A stretch of 60,212 bases of DNA. Source: an uncultured Bacilli bacterium. GTDB lineage: Bacteria > Bacillota_I > Bacilli_A > RF39 > UBA660. The stretch spans positions 1 through 60,212 of the forward strand of contig CAJTUR010000004.1 in NCBI GenBank assembly GCA_910579535.1, given 5' to 3'. Below, one piece after another: positions 50,056-59,859 of the stretch. Position 1 is the first letter of the stretch. Each line of letters begins with the position of its first letter. Made by a program: the position numbers and the translations under genes. The notes under the pieces are model-generated. The model ran no database searches. It saw only the letters and a list, made by a program, of their open reading frames with translations, and had not been told where the DNA came from.

Positions 50056-50428
50056 GAAAGGTCAGACGTTAATTGCATTTGTCATTATTCTACCAGTATT
50101 CATCTTATTTTTAGCTTTTATCGTGGATACAGGTATTCTTCTAAAAGAGAAAAGTAGATTAAATGGAAGTACAAAAATCATTTTAGAAAACATGTATCCT
50201 AAACGTAATGAAAGTAACTTTCAAGAGCAAACCATTGATTTATTTAAAAAAAACAAAATACCCACAGAGAATTTAAACTTAGAGGTTAAAAATAACACCA
50301 TTATAGTATCAAATGATTATGAAATAGAAAGCATTTTTGGTAAAATAATAGGAATTAAAAAATACAAAATTCATTTAAACTTAACATTCCAAATTGAACA
50401 AGATAAACTAACGATAAAAAAAGAATAG
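50045..50428 (+). CDS. TadE/TadG-like pseudopilin
   Basis: NKKGQTLIAFVIILPVFILFLAF N-terminus; overlaps the previous gene. Confidence 0.7.
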   Translation: MMNKKGQTLIAFVIILPVFILFLAFIVDTGILLKEKSRLNGSTKIILENMYPKRNESNFQEQTIDLFKKNKIPTENLNLEVKNNTIIVSNDYEIESIFGKIIGIKKYKIHLNLTFQIEQDKLTIKKE

Positions 50429-50439
50429 AGGGAAAACGT

Positions 50440-51237
50440 ATGTCAAAAACAAAAGGAAAATCTATGTGTATATTTTCAGCAAAAGGTGGAGTAGGTAAAA
50501 CCGTTACCACAATTAACCTAGCGGGCGTTTACGAACACTTAGAAAAAAAAGTTTTAATCATTGATTTAGATTTATCAAGTGGGGGAGTCAGCATTGCTCT
50601 AAATCGTCCTTTTGAAAAAAACATCTACAATTTTGTCGACGACTACAACAACAACCGTTATAAAGATTTTAAAAACTACGTCACAAAATACGACGACTAT
50701 ATTGATTTATTACCTAGTCCAAAAGACCCACGTCAAGCAAATAAAATCGATTCGAAATACATTGATATTTTAATTCAAAAAGCTGAAGCCAATTACGATA
50801 TGGTTTTAATTGATACCAATCATAACTTAAATGAAGTAAACGTTGTCACATTAGATAATGTAGATTACATTCTTTTTGTTTTAACCAACGACCCTTTAGA
50901 CTTAAAAAATATGAAATCATTAATCAGCATATTTAAAGATTCTAATATAACCAATTATAAAATCTTATTAAACAACAGTCGTGATCCCTACAAAGATTAT
51001 TTTTCAATCTTTGATATTAAAAATGTGATTAAAGCCAATATTGATTATACCTTATCTTCTAACTTTTATATGAAAAACATTGACACCTTTATTATGAATG
51101 GGGAAATCATTACACTTCAAAAGAAAATGCCTAATACTTTTAATAAAGAATACAGTACCTATATGAATATTGCTTTAGATACCATTGATAAAAATAAAAA
51201 AGAAATAGAAGAGGGTGAAGCACTTGAGCAAATCTAG
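50440..51237 (+). CDS. TadZ/CpaE-like ParA/MinD-family ATPase
   Basis: Deviant Walker A SAKGGVGKT; position upstream of the CpaF-type ATPase. Confidence 0.75.
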   Translation: MSKTKGKSMCIFSAKGGVGKTVTTINLAGVYEHLEKKVLIIDLDLSSGGVSIALNRPFEKNIYNFVDDYNNNRYKDFKNYVTKYDDYIDLLPSPKDPRQANKIDSKYIDILIQKAEANYDMVLIDTNHNLNEVNVVTLDNVDYILFVLTNDPLDLKNMKSLISIFKDSNITNYKILLNNSRDPYKDYFSIFDIKNVIKANIDYTLSSNFYMKNIDTFIMNGEIITLQKKMPNTFNKEYSTYMNIALDTIDKNKKEIEEGEALEQI

Positions 51238-52564
51238 TTTATTAGATGCCTTTAACATCGAAAGAAAATCAATGAGTAATGCTATTTATTCCGATTATGA
51301 AATTTTTCCAGATAAAAAATTACTCGACGATTTACGAACCAACATCGTTGAAAATCTAATTGATAAAGAAATCCCTGAAGACAAAAATCTTTCAGAATTT
51401 ATAAATGAAGAGATTGATACAGTTACAGAAGGTTATGACCTAACCAACACAGAAAGAAACCATCTATACCATTTAATCGATAACGAAATCAATGGCTATG
51501 GACCAATAACAGAACTTTTAGAAGATAAAAATATCTCTGAAATCATGGTAAATAGTCCAAACGAAATCTATATTGAAATAGATGGACAACTGATAAAAGA
51601 CGAAAGTGTATCTTTCATAGATGATGAGCATATTATTAGAACCATTGAAAGATTAATTGAACCTTTAGGAAGAACCATTGATACCTCAAATCCTATGGTT
51701 GATTCTAGATTAAGTGATGGATCAAGAATAAATGCGGTGATTCCTCCCTTATCAACAAAAGGACCCGTTTTAACCATTCGTAAATTTAAAAGCAATATGA
51801 CCAACATTGAAGATTTTATTCGTATGGGTTCTTTAACCCCTTATATGGCAAGATTCTTAGAAGCCGCTGTAAAAGGTAAATTAAACATTATTGTCTGTGG
51901 AGGAACAGGAAGTGGAAAAACAACACTTTTAAATATTTTAAGTAGTTTTATAGGTTCACATGAGCGTATTATTACCATTGAAGACGCCGCGGAACTTCAC
52001 TTGCATCAAAAACATGTTATTTCATTAGAAACAAGAGTCACCAATTATGAAAGCAATAACGAAGTAACCATAAGAGATTTGGTTCGTAATTCCCTTCGTA
52101 TGCGTCCAGATCGTATCATTGTTGGTGAAGTAAGAGGAAGTGAAGCGTTTGATATGCTTCAAGCCATGAATACAGGACACGATGGGTCTTTAACCACTCT
52201 TCATGCCAATAGTCCTATTGATGCCTTAAATCGTTTAGAAACGATGATTTTAATGAGTGGATTAGACATTCCGATTAAAGCCATTCGAGAATACATTACG
52301 AGTGCCATTGATATCGTTGTAAACATTGAAAGAATGAACGATGGCAAAAGAAAAGTCACTTCTATTTGTGAACTAGAAGGCTTTACAGAGGACCGCATCA
52401 AACTAAAAGAAATCTTTAAATTTAATCAACTCGGTTTAACAGAATCGGGTAGTGTAGAAGGAGAATTTGTCTTATATAAAAACATTCCTCGTGTGTATAA
52501 AAAATTAATCTCTCGAGGCATCAATGATTTAGAAGACATTTTTGGTAAATTTATTAATAAATAA
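51215..52564 (+). CDS. TadA/CpaF secretion ATPase
   Basis: CGGTGSGKTT Walker A, RPDRIIVGEVRG, GHDGSLTTLHAN motifs. Confidence 0.9.
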   Translation: MKHLSKSSLLDAFNIERKSMSNAIYSDYEIFPDKKLLDDLRTNIVENLIDKEIPEDKNLSEFINEEIDTVTEGYDLTNTERNHLYHLIDNEINGYGPITELLEDKNISEIMVNSPNEIYIEIDGQLIKDESVSFIDDEHIIRTIERLIEPLGRTIDTSNPMVDSRLSDGSRINAVIPPLSTKGPVLTIRKFKSNMTNIEDFIRMGSLTPYMARFLEAAVKGKLNIIVCGGTGSGKTTLLNILSSFIGSHERIITIEDAAELHLHQKHVISLETRVTNYESNNEVTIRDLVRNSLRMRPDRIIVGEVRGSEAFDMLQAMNTGHDGSLTTLHANSPIDALNRLETMILMSGLDIPIKAIREYITSAIDIVVNIERMNDGKRKVTSICELEGFTEDRIKLKEIFKFNQLGLTESGSVEGEFVLYKNIPRVYKKLISRGINDLEDIFGKFINK

Positions 52565-52573
52565 AAAGAAAGG

Positions 52574-53578
52574 ATGATTGATATGGTACTAATTATTGCT
52601 CAAATTTTATTTATTTTAGTCCTAATTTTTCTTATTTTTACCATAGTAAAACAAGTTCAAATTTTGAAATTAGAAAAAAGATTTGATTCTTTTAGTTTAC
52701 TTTCAAAAACCATAGACGAAATCTCTTTCTTTGATCAATTTTCTCTTTTTATTCATAAAGGAATCTTGGCCGTTTCAAAAACATTAAAAAAATCACACTT
52801 TTTAATAAAATACGCTGAAAAATATGAAAAATACATTTCCTTTGAAGAAAAAGGCACCAAAGAAGGAATGGATTACATATCTAGTAAAATTTTTATTGTT
52901 TTTTTCTTTATCTTTCTTTATTTTTTAGCTTTTTTAATTCATCACAAAGACTTTAGTTTCATGACTTTTTTCATAACAATTTTTCTTTCCTTTTACTTAT
53001 TAGATGTTCTTTTAGCCATTAAATTTCAACAAAAAAGAAAAAAAGTAGAAGAAGATCTATTAAAGGCCATCATCATTATGAATAATAGCTTTAAAGCTGG
53101 TAGGAACATTATTCAAGCAATCATTACCGTTAAAAACGAATTAGATGGACCCATAGCAGATGAATTTAAAAAAATTTATTTAGATATGACTTATGGGTTA
53201 AGCTTAGATGTGGTGTTCAATCGTTTCTATGACCGAGTAAAATTAGAAGACGCGAAGTATATTGCTTCCTCTTTGACGCTTTTAAGTAAAACAGGTGGAA
53301 ACATTGTTCGAGTTTTTAACTCAATTGAGAATTCTTTTTATAACAAAAAGAAACTAAATAATGAAATGAAAAGTTTAACCAGTGCAAGTCTTTTTGTATT
53401 TCGAGTATTAGTTGCTTTACCCTTTGTTTTTACCTTTATCATTTATGTATTAAACCCAACGTATTTTAATCCTTTATTTGAACATCCTTTAGGAATCGCG
53501 TTATTATTAATAATTATTTCTTTATTTATTTTATACGTTATGGTAATTAAGAAAGTATTAAAGGTGAACATGGAATGA
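52574..53578 (+). CDS. TadB-like (T2SS F-family) platform protein
   Basis: Polytopic membrane protein with a central cytoplasmic helical domain (IIMNNSFKAGRNIIQAI). Confidence 0.75.
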   Translation: MIDMVLIIAQILFILVLIFLIFTIVKQVQILKLEKRFDSFSLLSKTIDEISFFDQFSLFIHKGILAVSKTLKKSHFLIKYAEKYEKYISFEEKGTKEGMDYISSKIFIVFFFIFLYFLAFLIHHKDFSFMTFFITIFLSFYLLDVLLAIKFQQKRKKVEEDLLKAIIIMNNSFKAGRNIIQAIITVKNELDGPIADEFKKIYLDMTYGLSLDVVFNRFYDRVKLEDAKYIASSLTLLSKTGGNIVRVFNSIENSFYNKKKLNNEMKSLTSASLFVFRVLVALPFVFTFIIYVLNPTYFNPLFEHPLGIALLLIIISLFILYVMVIKKVLKVNME

Positions 53579-54273
53579 AAAAAAATCGTTTTATCTACAA
53601 GACATTTCGTCGTAAAAGCATTCAAAAAATCGAAAAGAAAATGAAATTATTAGGTATAAATTATGAATGGAATGCCTATTCATTTTTAACTCTTCGTTTA
53701 ATTTTAGCCCTACTTATTTTTATTTTATTATTTATTTTCTCCAAATATAATTTTTTAGTGGCCCCCATCTTAACAGTCATTTTTTATCATTTTTTTGAAA
53801 AAGGGATATTAGATTATCAAATAAAAAAAAGAGCTAAAAAGTTAGAAAATGAAGCTATTTTTTTCTTTCAAATTGTTAATTTAACACTTGAATCCAGTCG
53901 TAATTTAAAATACGCGGTTGAAATCACATCAAACAATATTGAAAGTGAACTTTCGGATGAATTTAAAAAGACGTACGCTGAAATGAAATTAGGAAAAAGC
54001 TTTAATGAAGCATTAAAAGATATGAAAGAAAGAATACCAAGTGACTCAATCAATAGTATTATTTTAAATTTAACAGAGGCTAGTATTTTTGGAAACAGCA
54101 TCATTAATACTATTAACAATCAAATTGATTATTTACAAGATAAAAAACTTTTAGAAGTAAAAGAAGTGATTAATAAACTACCAACCAAAATAAGCATTTT
54201 ATCGGTTTTATTTTTTATACCAATTATGCTTTTAATCATTCTAGCGCCAGTCATCATAAAGTATTTAACATAA
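53575..54273 (+). CDS. TadC-like (T2SS F-family) platform protein
   Basis: Same architecture as the previous gene; 4-nt overlap with it. Confidence 0.75.
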   Translation: MKKNRFIYKTFRRKSIQKIEKKMKLLGINYEWNAYSFLTLRLILALLIFILLFIFSKYNFLVAPILTVIFYHFFEKGILDYQIKKRAKKLENEAIFFFQIVNLTLESSRNLKYAVEITSNNIESELSDEFKKTYAEMKLGKSFNEALKDMKERIPSDSINSIILNLTEASIFGNSIINTINNQIDYLQDKKLLEVKEVINKLPTKISILSVLFFIPIMLLIILAPVIIKYLT

Positions 54274-54404
54274 AATAATAAAAAAAGAACAAATTGAAAA
54301 CAAATCTATACGAAAAAACAAACGTGTAGATTTTTTTATTTGAAAAAGAGTTGCAAGATAAATAAAAACTACACCAATTTATTAGTGTAGTTCTATAATA
54401 TTTT

Positions 54405-54956
54405 TTATATTTCTCTCATCTTCTCTTGATTCTTAAAAGGATTTTTAGGATCAATCTTATCGGTAAACAAAATGCCATTTAAATGATCCATTTCATGCTG
54501 AAAAGCAACACTTAAATCTTCTCTAACACGAATAGTAAACTTTTTTCCTTCTGTATCATACGCTTCTACAGTAATCCTAGCGTATCTTGGAATAATACCT
54601 TCTGTTGGACGATTAATACTTAAACAACCTTCGCCTTCACCAACATAAATCAGTTCTTCGCTATTACTAACGATTTTTGGATTGATTAAAACATAATTTT
54701 GAAAAACTTTGTCTTCAACTTCATCTACTACTACAAAAATTCTTTTTAAAATTCCAATTTGGACATAAGAAAGTCCCATACCAGCTCTTAATTGATACTT
54801 TTCATTGTATTCATCCATTTGGCTCATTTTTAAATAAGTAAGCATAGCCTTAATATTTTTTTTATCCTCTTGAGATAAAGGAAACACAACTTCTTTACTT
54901 ATCTGGTGAAGTCTTTTATCTTTTTCATCTAAAATAGTGATGGGTGGTAACTGCAT
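54405..54956 (-). CDS. def: peptide deformylase
   Basis: GMGLSYVQIG, EGCLS, HEMDH motifs. Confidence 0.9.
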   Translation of the reverse strand: MQLPPITILDEKDKRLHQISKEVVFPLSQEDKKNIKAMLTYLKMSQMDEYNEKYQLRAGMGLSYVQIGILKRIFVVVDEVEDKVFQNYVLINPKIVSNSEELIYVGEGEGCLSINRPTEGIIPRYARITVEAYDTEGKKFTIRVREDLSVAFQHEMDHLNGILFTDKIDPKNPFKNQEKMREI

Positions 54957-55019
54957 ACGAATCCCTTTCTTTCACAAATTATTTTAACAAAAAAAAGAAA
55001 AAAAAGGAAGTCAAACTTC

Positions 55020-55211
55020 CTAGTTATTATTGTTTCCCCAATTCCAACCAGCACCGATGATGATAATTAATAGAATGAATAATACAATCCATATAGCGCC
55101 ACCTATTCCATAACCAGAAGTATAACCAGCGTAGCCAGTATTGTAAGAACAAGGAGAACAAGAAGCTCCATAACCAGCGTTATAGTAGCCATTATTTCCA
55201 TAATAATACAT
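55020..55211 (-). CDS. YjcZ-family small sporulation membrane protein (extended form)
   Basis: 63 aa. Gly/Tyr/Asn-rich N-terminus, then GGAIWIVLFILLIIIIGAGW matching the tiny-TM YjcZ signature. AGGAGG RBS; hairpin terminator AGGAAGT/ACTTCCT at about 55005-55022. Confidence 0.7.
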   Translation of the reverse strand: MYYYGNNGYYNAGYGASCSPCSYNTGYAGYTSGYGIGGAIWIVLFILLIIIIGAGWNWGNNNN

Positions 55212-55328
55212 ATATGATACCTCCTTTATGTATCTAATATAGTTTATTAAATAAGAGAAAAATTGTTCATGTTAACCACCTAAAAAAAGATTTTTATTAT
55301 AGAGAAACCTATGTTATGATTATAATAG

Positions 55329-56546
55329 GTGAAAAACATGCAAAAAGGAATACTGAAGACAGAAATGGAAAACATGCGAAAAATGGATAAATCGTTATTT
55401 TTGATGATTATCTTATATTCAATATTAGGCTTAGTAATTATTTTGAGTGCTTCAAGTGTTTCAGCTGTCTTACGTTACAAAGTTTCTTCCTATTATTTTT
55501 TTATCAAACAACTCATTTTTGTCGTTTTTGGTTTATTAGTAGGGTTAGTTATCATTAATATTCCTACTTCTAAATATAAGTGGCCTTCCTATCTTTTGAT
55601 GGGTTTAACACTTAGTCTTTTAACGGCCGTTTTATTTATTGGATTTGTCAGCAATAATGCCCAAAGTTGGTTTCGTAAAGGAATATTTAGTTATCAACCA
55701 GTAGAATTAGCTAAACCAGCTTTAATCTTTTTTATGGCGGAATTTTATAATTATCAATTGAGAAAACAAAAAAAGAATCTCTATTTTAATTTAATTCCTT
55801 TAGTAGTAGCGGGGATTATCTTTATTTTAGTAGCTATGCAACCCGATTTAGGAGGAGCATTAATTATAGGAGGAATGGCCTTTTTAATATTTATGACGTT
55901 ACCTTTAGAAAAACAAAATCAATTAAAATTATTTAAAGTAATAGGTGTCGCAGTTGTAATAACAGGGGTAGCTTTACTTTATAGTGGAACCGATTTATTA
56001 AATTCCCGCCAATTAAGTCGTTTACAATTTAAAAATCCTTGCACTCGTTACGCTGAAGAAACAGGCTATCAAGTCTGCAATGGGTTTATTGCGATTCATA
56101 ATGGAGGATTATTTGGAGTGGGACTTGGAAATTCAAGCCAAAAATATTTGTATCTACCAGAAGCACATACCGATTTTATTTTTCCTATACTCGTTGAAGA
56201 ACTAGGGGCCTTAGCTGGCGTTTTAGTCTTATTAGGATATATATTTATTTTGTATCGTATTTTAAAAATAGGAAAAGAAGCCAGTGGAAACATTCGTAAT
56301 CAAATTTTATGTTATGGAACGTTTGCATATATTTTTTTGCATTTAATGGTTAACTTAATGGGTGTACTAGCGCTTATACCTTTAACAGGTGTACCAATTC
56401 CTTTTCTAACTTATGGAGGAAGCTATGCGTTGAGCTTAACCCTGATGCTTTTTGTGGTTGAAAGGGTAGCCATCGAAAATAAAAAAGCAAAATACCGAAA
56501 AGAAATAGCCAGTTTATCTAAAAATAAAACGATTCTTCCTTATTAA
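55329..56546 (+). CDS. SEDS-family protein (FtsW/RodA/SpoVE)
   Basis: About 10 TM helices; QPVELAKPALIFFMA, PDLGGALI, LPEAHTDFIF, GVPIPFLTYGGS motifs. The true start is probably internal. Confidence 0.85.
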   Translation: MKNMQKGILKTEMENMRKMDKSLFLMIILYSILGLVIILSASSVSAVLRYKVSSYYFFIKQLIFVVFGLLVGLVIINIPTSKYKWPSYLLMGLTLSLLTAVLFIGFVSNNAQSWFRKGIFSYQPVELAKPALIFFMAEFYNYQLRKQKKNLYFNLIPLVVAGIIFILVAMQPDLGGALIIGGMAFLIFMTLPLEKQNQLKLFKVIGVAVVITGVALLYSGTDLLNSRQLSRLQFKNPCTRYAEETGYQVCNGFIAIHNGGLFGVGLGNSSQKYLYLPEAHTDFIFPILVEELGALAGVLVLLGYIFILYRILKIGKEASGNIRNQILCYGTFAYIFLHLMVNLMGVLALIPLTGVPIPFLTYGGSYALSLTLMLFVVERVAIENKKAKYRKEIASLSKNKTILPY

Positions 56547-56588
56547 AAAGGAAATGACTAATTTATGGGGTATATATAAATATAGGAG

Positions 56589-57245
56589 GTGAAAAAATTG
56601 GAGCGAATCAAACTCTATTTAAAACAAACCTATATTTTTTTAATTATAATCCTTTTACTTATAGCTTCGAATGGCTTTTTTATTTATCAATCTTTTTTTA
56701 AACAAGAAGTAGAAAAAGCAGAAATAAGTTGTGATTGTCCTGATATTCCAGAAGAAATCCCTGTAGAAGAGCCTAAAAAGAAACTAACAGTCGATTTAAA
56801 AGGATACGTTAAAAAACCAGGGGTTTATGAATTAGAAGAAGGCGCAATTATTAATGACTTGATAAAAAAGGCAGGAGGGCTTAAAACAAATGGCACCACA
56901 GAAAACATAAATTTAAGCAAAAAATTAAAAAATGAAGATATGATCGTTGTTTTGTCAAAGGAAGAATTAAAAAAAGAAAAGAAGGAAAGACAAGAAACAG
57001 CAAAAAATACAGATGAAAAAACGAGTCTTAATCCTTCAGTCATTCCATCAAACAAGACAAAAGTCGCTTTAAATAGTGCAACTAAAGAGGAATTAATGAC
57101 AATAAATGGCATTGGAGAAGCTAAAGCTATTAGTATAATAGAGTATCGAGAGAAAAGTCCTTTTACTAAAATTGAAGATATTTTAAACGTATCAGGGATA
57201 GGAGAAGCTCTTTTTGAAAAAATTAAAGAGTTTATTACAATCTAA
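56589..57245 (+). CDS. comEA: competence protein ComEA (SLBB plus HhH DNA-binding)
   Basis: N-terminal TM, VDLKGYVKKPGVYELEEGAIINDLIKKAGG, C-terminal LNSATKEELMTINGIGEAKAISIIEYRE. Confidence 0.85.
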   Translation: MKKLERIKLYLKQTYIFLIIILLLIASNGFFIYQSFFKQEVEKAEISCDCPDIPEEIPVEEPKKKLTVDLKGYVKKPGVYELEEGAIINDLIKKAGGLKTNGTTENINLSKKLKNEDMIVVLSKEELKKEKKERQETAKNTDEKTSLNPSVIPSNKTKVALNSATKEELMTINGIGEAKAISIIEYREKSPFTKIEDILNVSGIGEALFEKIKEFITI

Positions 57246-59274
57246 TGTTTTTTATGCCTTCTTGATTATTCTAATAAGCTTTTATAGCTTTATTTTTACT
57301 AAAGTTATAAAATATCAATCCAATTATCATGAAAATACAACAAAAATAGAAGGAAAAATAATTTCTTTTTCAATAGATGGAGACAAATTAAGTCTACTTT
57401 TAAAAAATAAAGAAAAGATAAAAGTAGCTTATACAATCAAAACCAAAGAAGAAAAAGAGAAGCTACAAAATAAATTAAAAATAGGATTAACTTTAGAAGT
57501 GGCTGGAAAAAAAGGAGAAACAATACCTTTAACAATCCCTAATACCTTTGATTACAAGAAATATTTATACAATAATCAAATCTACTTTACTTTTCATGGA
57601 GATATAATAACGATAAAAGAAGAGAAGATAGCTTTACTAGATCAATTAAAAAATAGTTTTATGAATAGAATTAAAGAACTTGAAAATAACCCTTATTTAA
57701 GTGCATTTATTCTTGGAGATAAAGCTTCTATTGACGAAGAAGAATTTGATGCTATTACATCAAATGGAATCAGTCATTTATTTGCATTATCGGGGATGCA
57801 TATTTCGTTAATCTATTTAATATTAGATAAACTATTAAAAAAGAGAAAAAGAAAAAAGACCATCATTTATTTTATTTTAATTCTTTACTTAATTTTAACA
57901 GGAATATCGGTTTCCTTTTTAAGAGCTTTGGTCTTTATGTTTTTATTAGATCTAAATAAAATAGGCCAGTGGAATCTTTCTAAAATAAAAATTTTACTCT
58001 TAACCGCCGCTTTATTGATTTTTAAAAATCCATTCTATATTTATCAAATAGGCTTTTGGTTGACTTTCATCGTCACTTTTTCACTTCTTATATGTCATCA
58101 GCAAATAAGAAGTTCTAATCCATTTTTTAGTCTATTTAAGATAAGCCTCGTTACTTTTAGTTTTAGTCTTCCTCTATCGATTTTTATGAATTATGAAGTA
58201 AATATTACTTCAATCTTAAATAATGTTCTTTTTGTTCCTTTAATAAGTATTTTAATCTTTCCTTTAGCTCTTTTAACCTTTATTTTTCCAGTAGCTTTAC
58301 CATTTTTTAAATTATCTATTTTACTTTTAATAAAGCTTAATGAAATAGCAAAAATACTATCAATTTCTCTTGTCGTAGGAAAAATAGAAATCTTTGAAAT
58401 GCTTATTTACTATATATTATTGATTTTCTTTCTTAAAAGAAAGAAGAAAAAATACCTCTTTTTTTTGATCCTTTTTTGCCTTTTAATCTACAACAAAAAC
58501 CTATTTGATACTTCTTATCATGTTTATTACTTGGATGTAGGTCAGGGTGATGCCACTCTTTTAATTTCTCCTAAAAGAAAAGAAGTTCTTTTAATTGATA
58601 CTGGAGGAACAGTAACCTATGAAAAAGAAGAATGGCAAAAAAGAAACAAAGCATACGATTTAACCAAAAATCTAATTCTTTTTTTAAAAAGCCTTAGAAT
58701 AAAAAAAATAGACGTACTTGTAATTTCGCATGGCGATTTCGACCATTTAGGGTACGCTTTAAAGCTAAGTGAAGCGATTAAAATTGAGAATGTTTTATTA
58801 AATCAAGGAGTTAAAAATAAGGAAGAACAAGAAATCGAAAAAAAATTAAAAGTTGTCAAGCAATATGTATTTAAAGAGTTTCAAGTTGAATTTTTTAAGA
58901 CTAAACTTTATGAAACTGAAAACGACAATAGTCAAATTTTGAAAATTAAAATAGAAAAATTTAGCTTTTTGTTTACAGGAGACGCATCTAAAACAGTAGA
59001 AAAAACGTTATTAAAAAAAAATATAAAATCAACTTTTTTAAAATTGGGACATCATGGTTCTAAAACAAGTAGTGAGGAAAGCTTTTTAAAAAAAGTAAGT
59101 CCAAGTCATGCTATTATCTCATCTGGAAGAAATAATAAATACCATCATCCATCTAAAGAAACGATGGATACTTTAAATAAATTAAAAATAGAAAGTTATA
59201 ATACTCAAAATAGAGGAACCATTCATATTAAGATAAAAGATAATAAGTATCACATAATTTCAACAATAACATAA
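57214..59274 (+). CDS. comEC: DNA internalisation channel ComEC/Rec2 with C-terminal MBL domain
   Basis: Polytopic competence domain (GISHLFALSGMHI) and metallo-beta-lactamase part (YLDVGQGDATLL, SHGDFDHLG, GHHGS). Confidence 0.85.
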   Translation: MKKLKSLLQSNVFYAFLIILISFYSFIFTKVIKYQSNYHENTTKIEGKIISFSIDGDKLSLLLKNKEKIKVAYTIKTKEEKEKLQNKLKIGLTLEVAGKKGETIPLTIPNTFDYKKYLYNNQIYFTFHGDIITIKEEKIALLDQLKNSFMNRIKELENNPYLSAFILGDKASIDEEEFDAITSNGISHLFALSGMHISLIYLILDKLLKKRKRKKTIIYFILILYLILTGISVSFLRALVFMFLLDLNKIGQWNLSKIKILLLTAALLIFKNPFYIYQIGFWLTFIVTFSLLICHQQIRSSNPFFSLFKISLVTFSFSLPLSIFMNYEVNITSILNNVLFVPLISILIFPLALLTFIFPVALPFFKLSILLLIKLNEIAKILSISLVVGKIEIFEMLIYYILLIFFLKRKKKKYLFFLILFCLLIYNKNLFDTSYHVYYLDVGQGDATLLISPKRKEVLLIDTGGTVTYEKEEWQKRNKAYDLTKNLILFLKSLRIKKIDVLVISHGDFDHLGYALKLSEAIKIENVLLNQGVKNKEEQEIEKKLKVVKQYVFKEFQVEFFKTKLYETENDNSQILKIKIEKFSFLFTGDASKTVEKTLLKKNIKSTFLKLGHHGSKTSSEESFLKKVSPSHAIISSGRNNKYHHPSKETMDTLNKLKIESYNTQNRGTIHIKIKDNKYHIISTIT

Positions 59275-59799
59275 AATAAAGTACACTATTAGTGTTTTAA
59301 ATAGATGAAGAAAAATTTTTCTTCTTTTTTTAGCAAAAATCCTTAAGTTAAGTTTAGAAAAAAATAATAAGTTTTTGAAAGTAATATTTAATCTAATATA
59401 TGAAGCTATGCTTCAAAGAAAAATTGAAAATTTTTTAAAAATTAAAATATGATAGTAATACCAAAAATGGAAATGAAAACAAAAAAATAAAAGATAGGGC
59501 TATATCCATAAAAAACGTAAAAACTAGTTCTTTTGCTTAACCACTTGAAATTAAATAAGAAAGCTGAAGCAAAGCAAGGAGTATTTTCATATTTATTATA
59601 TTTAGCTCTTTATCAGTATAACTAAAGAATATACTATAAATTGTCATAGTAAGTATGTTTGCTAATTTTGTTTTTCAATATCTCTAGGTTTTTTTCAATA
59701 TCAATTAAGGATTTCACAATTTATCAACTCATCTATTAACTATCTTTCTTTTTTATATTTATTTTTTTATGAGATCGTCATACTTAAATCATCCATTTA

Positions 59800-59826
59800 T
59801 TGACTTTTTTTATTATATGGTATAAT
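59800..59826 (+). promoter_or_regulatory. promoter with extended -10
   Basis: TTGACT 59800-05, 15-nt spacer, TGGTATAAT 59818-26. Confidence 0.5.
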
Positions 59827-59859
59827 ATTTTTATTGAAAATAGAAAAGGAAGAGTATTA

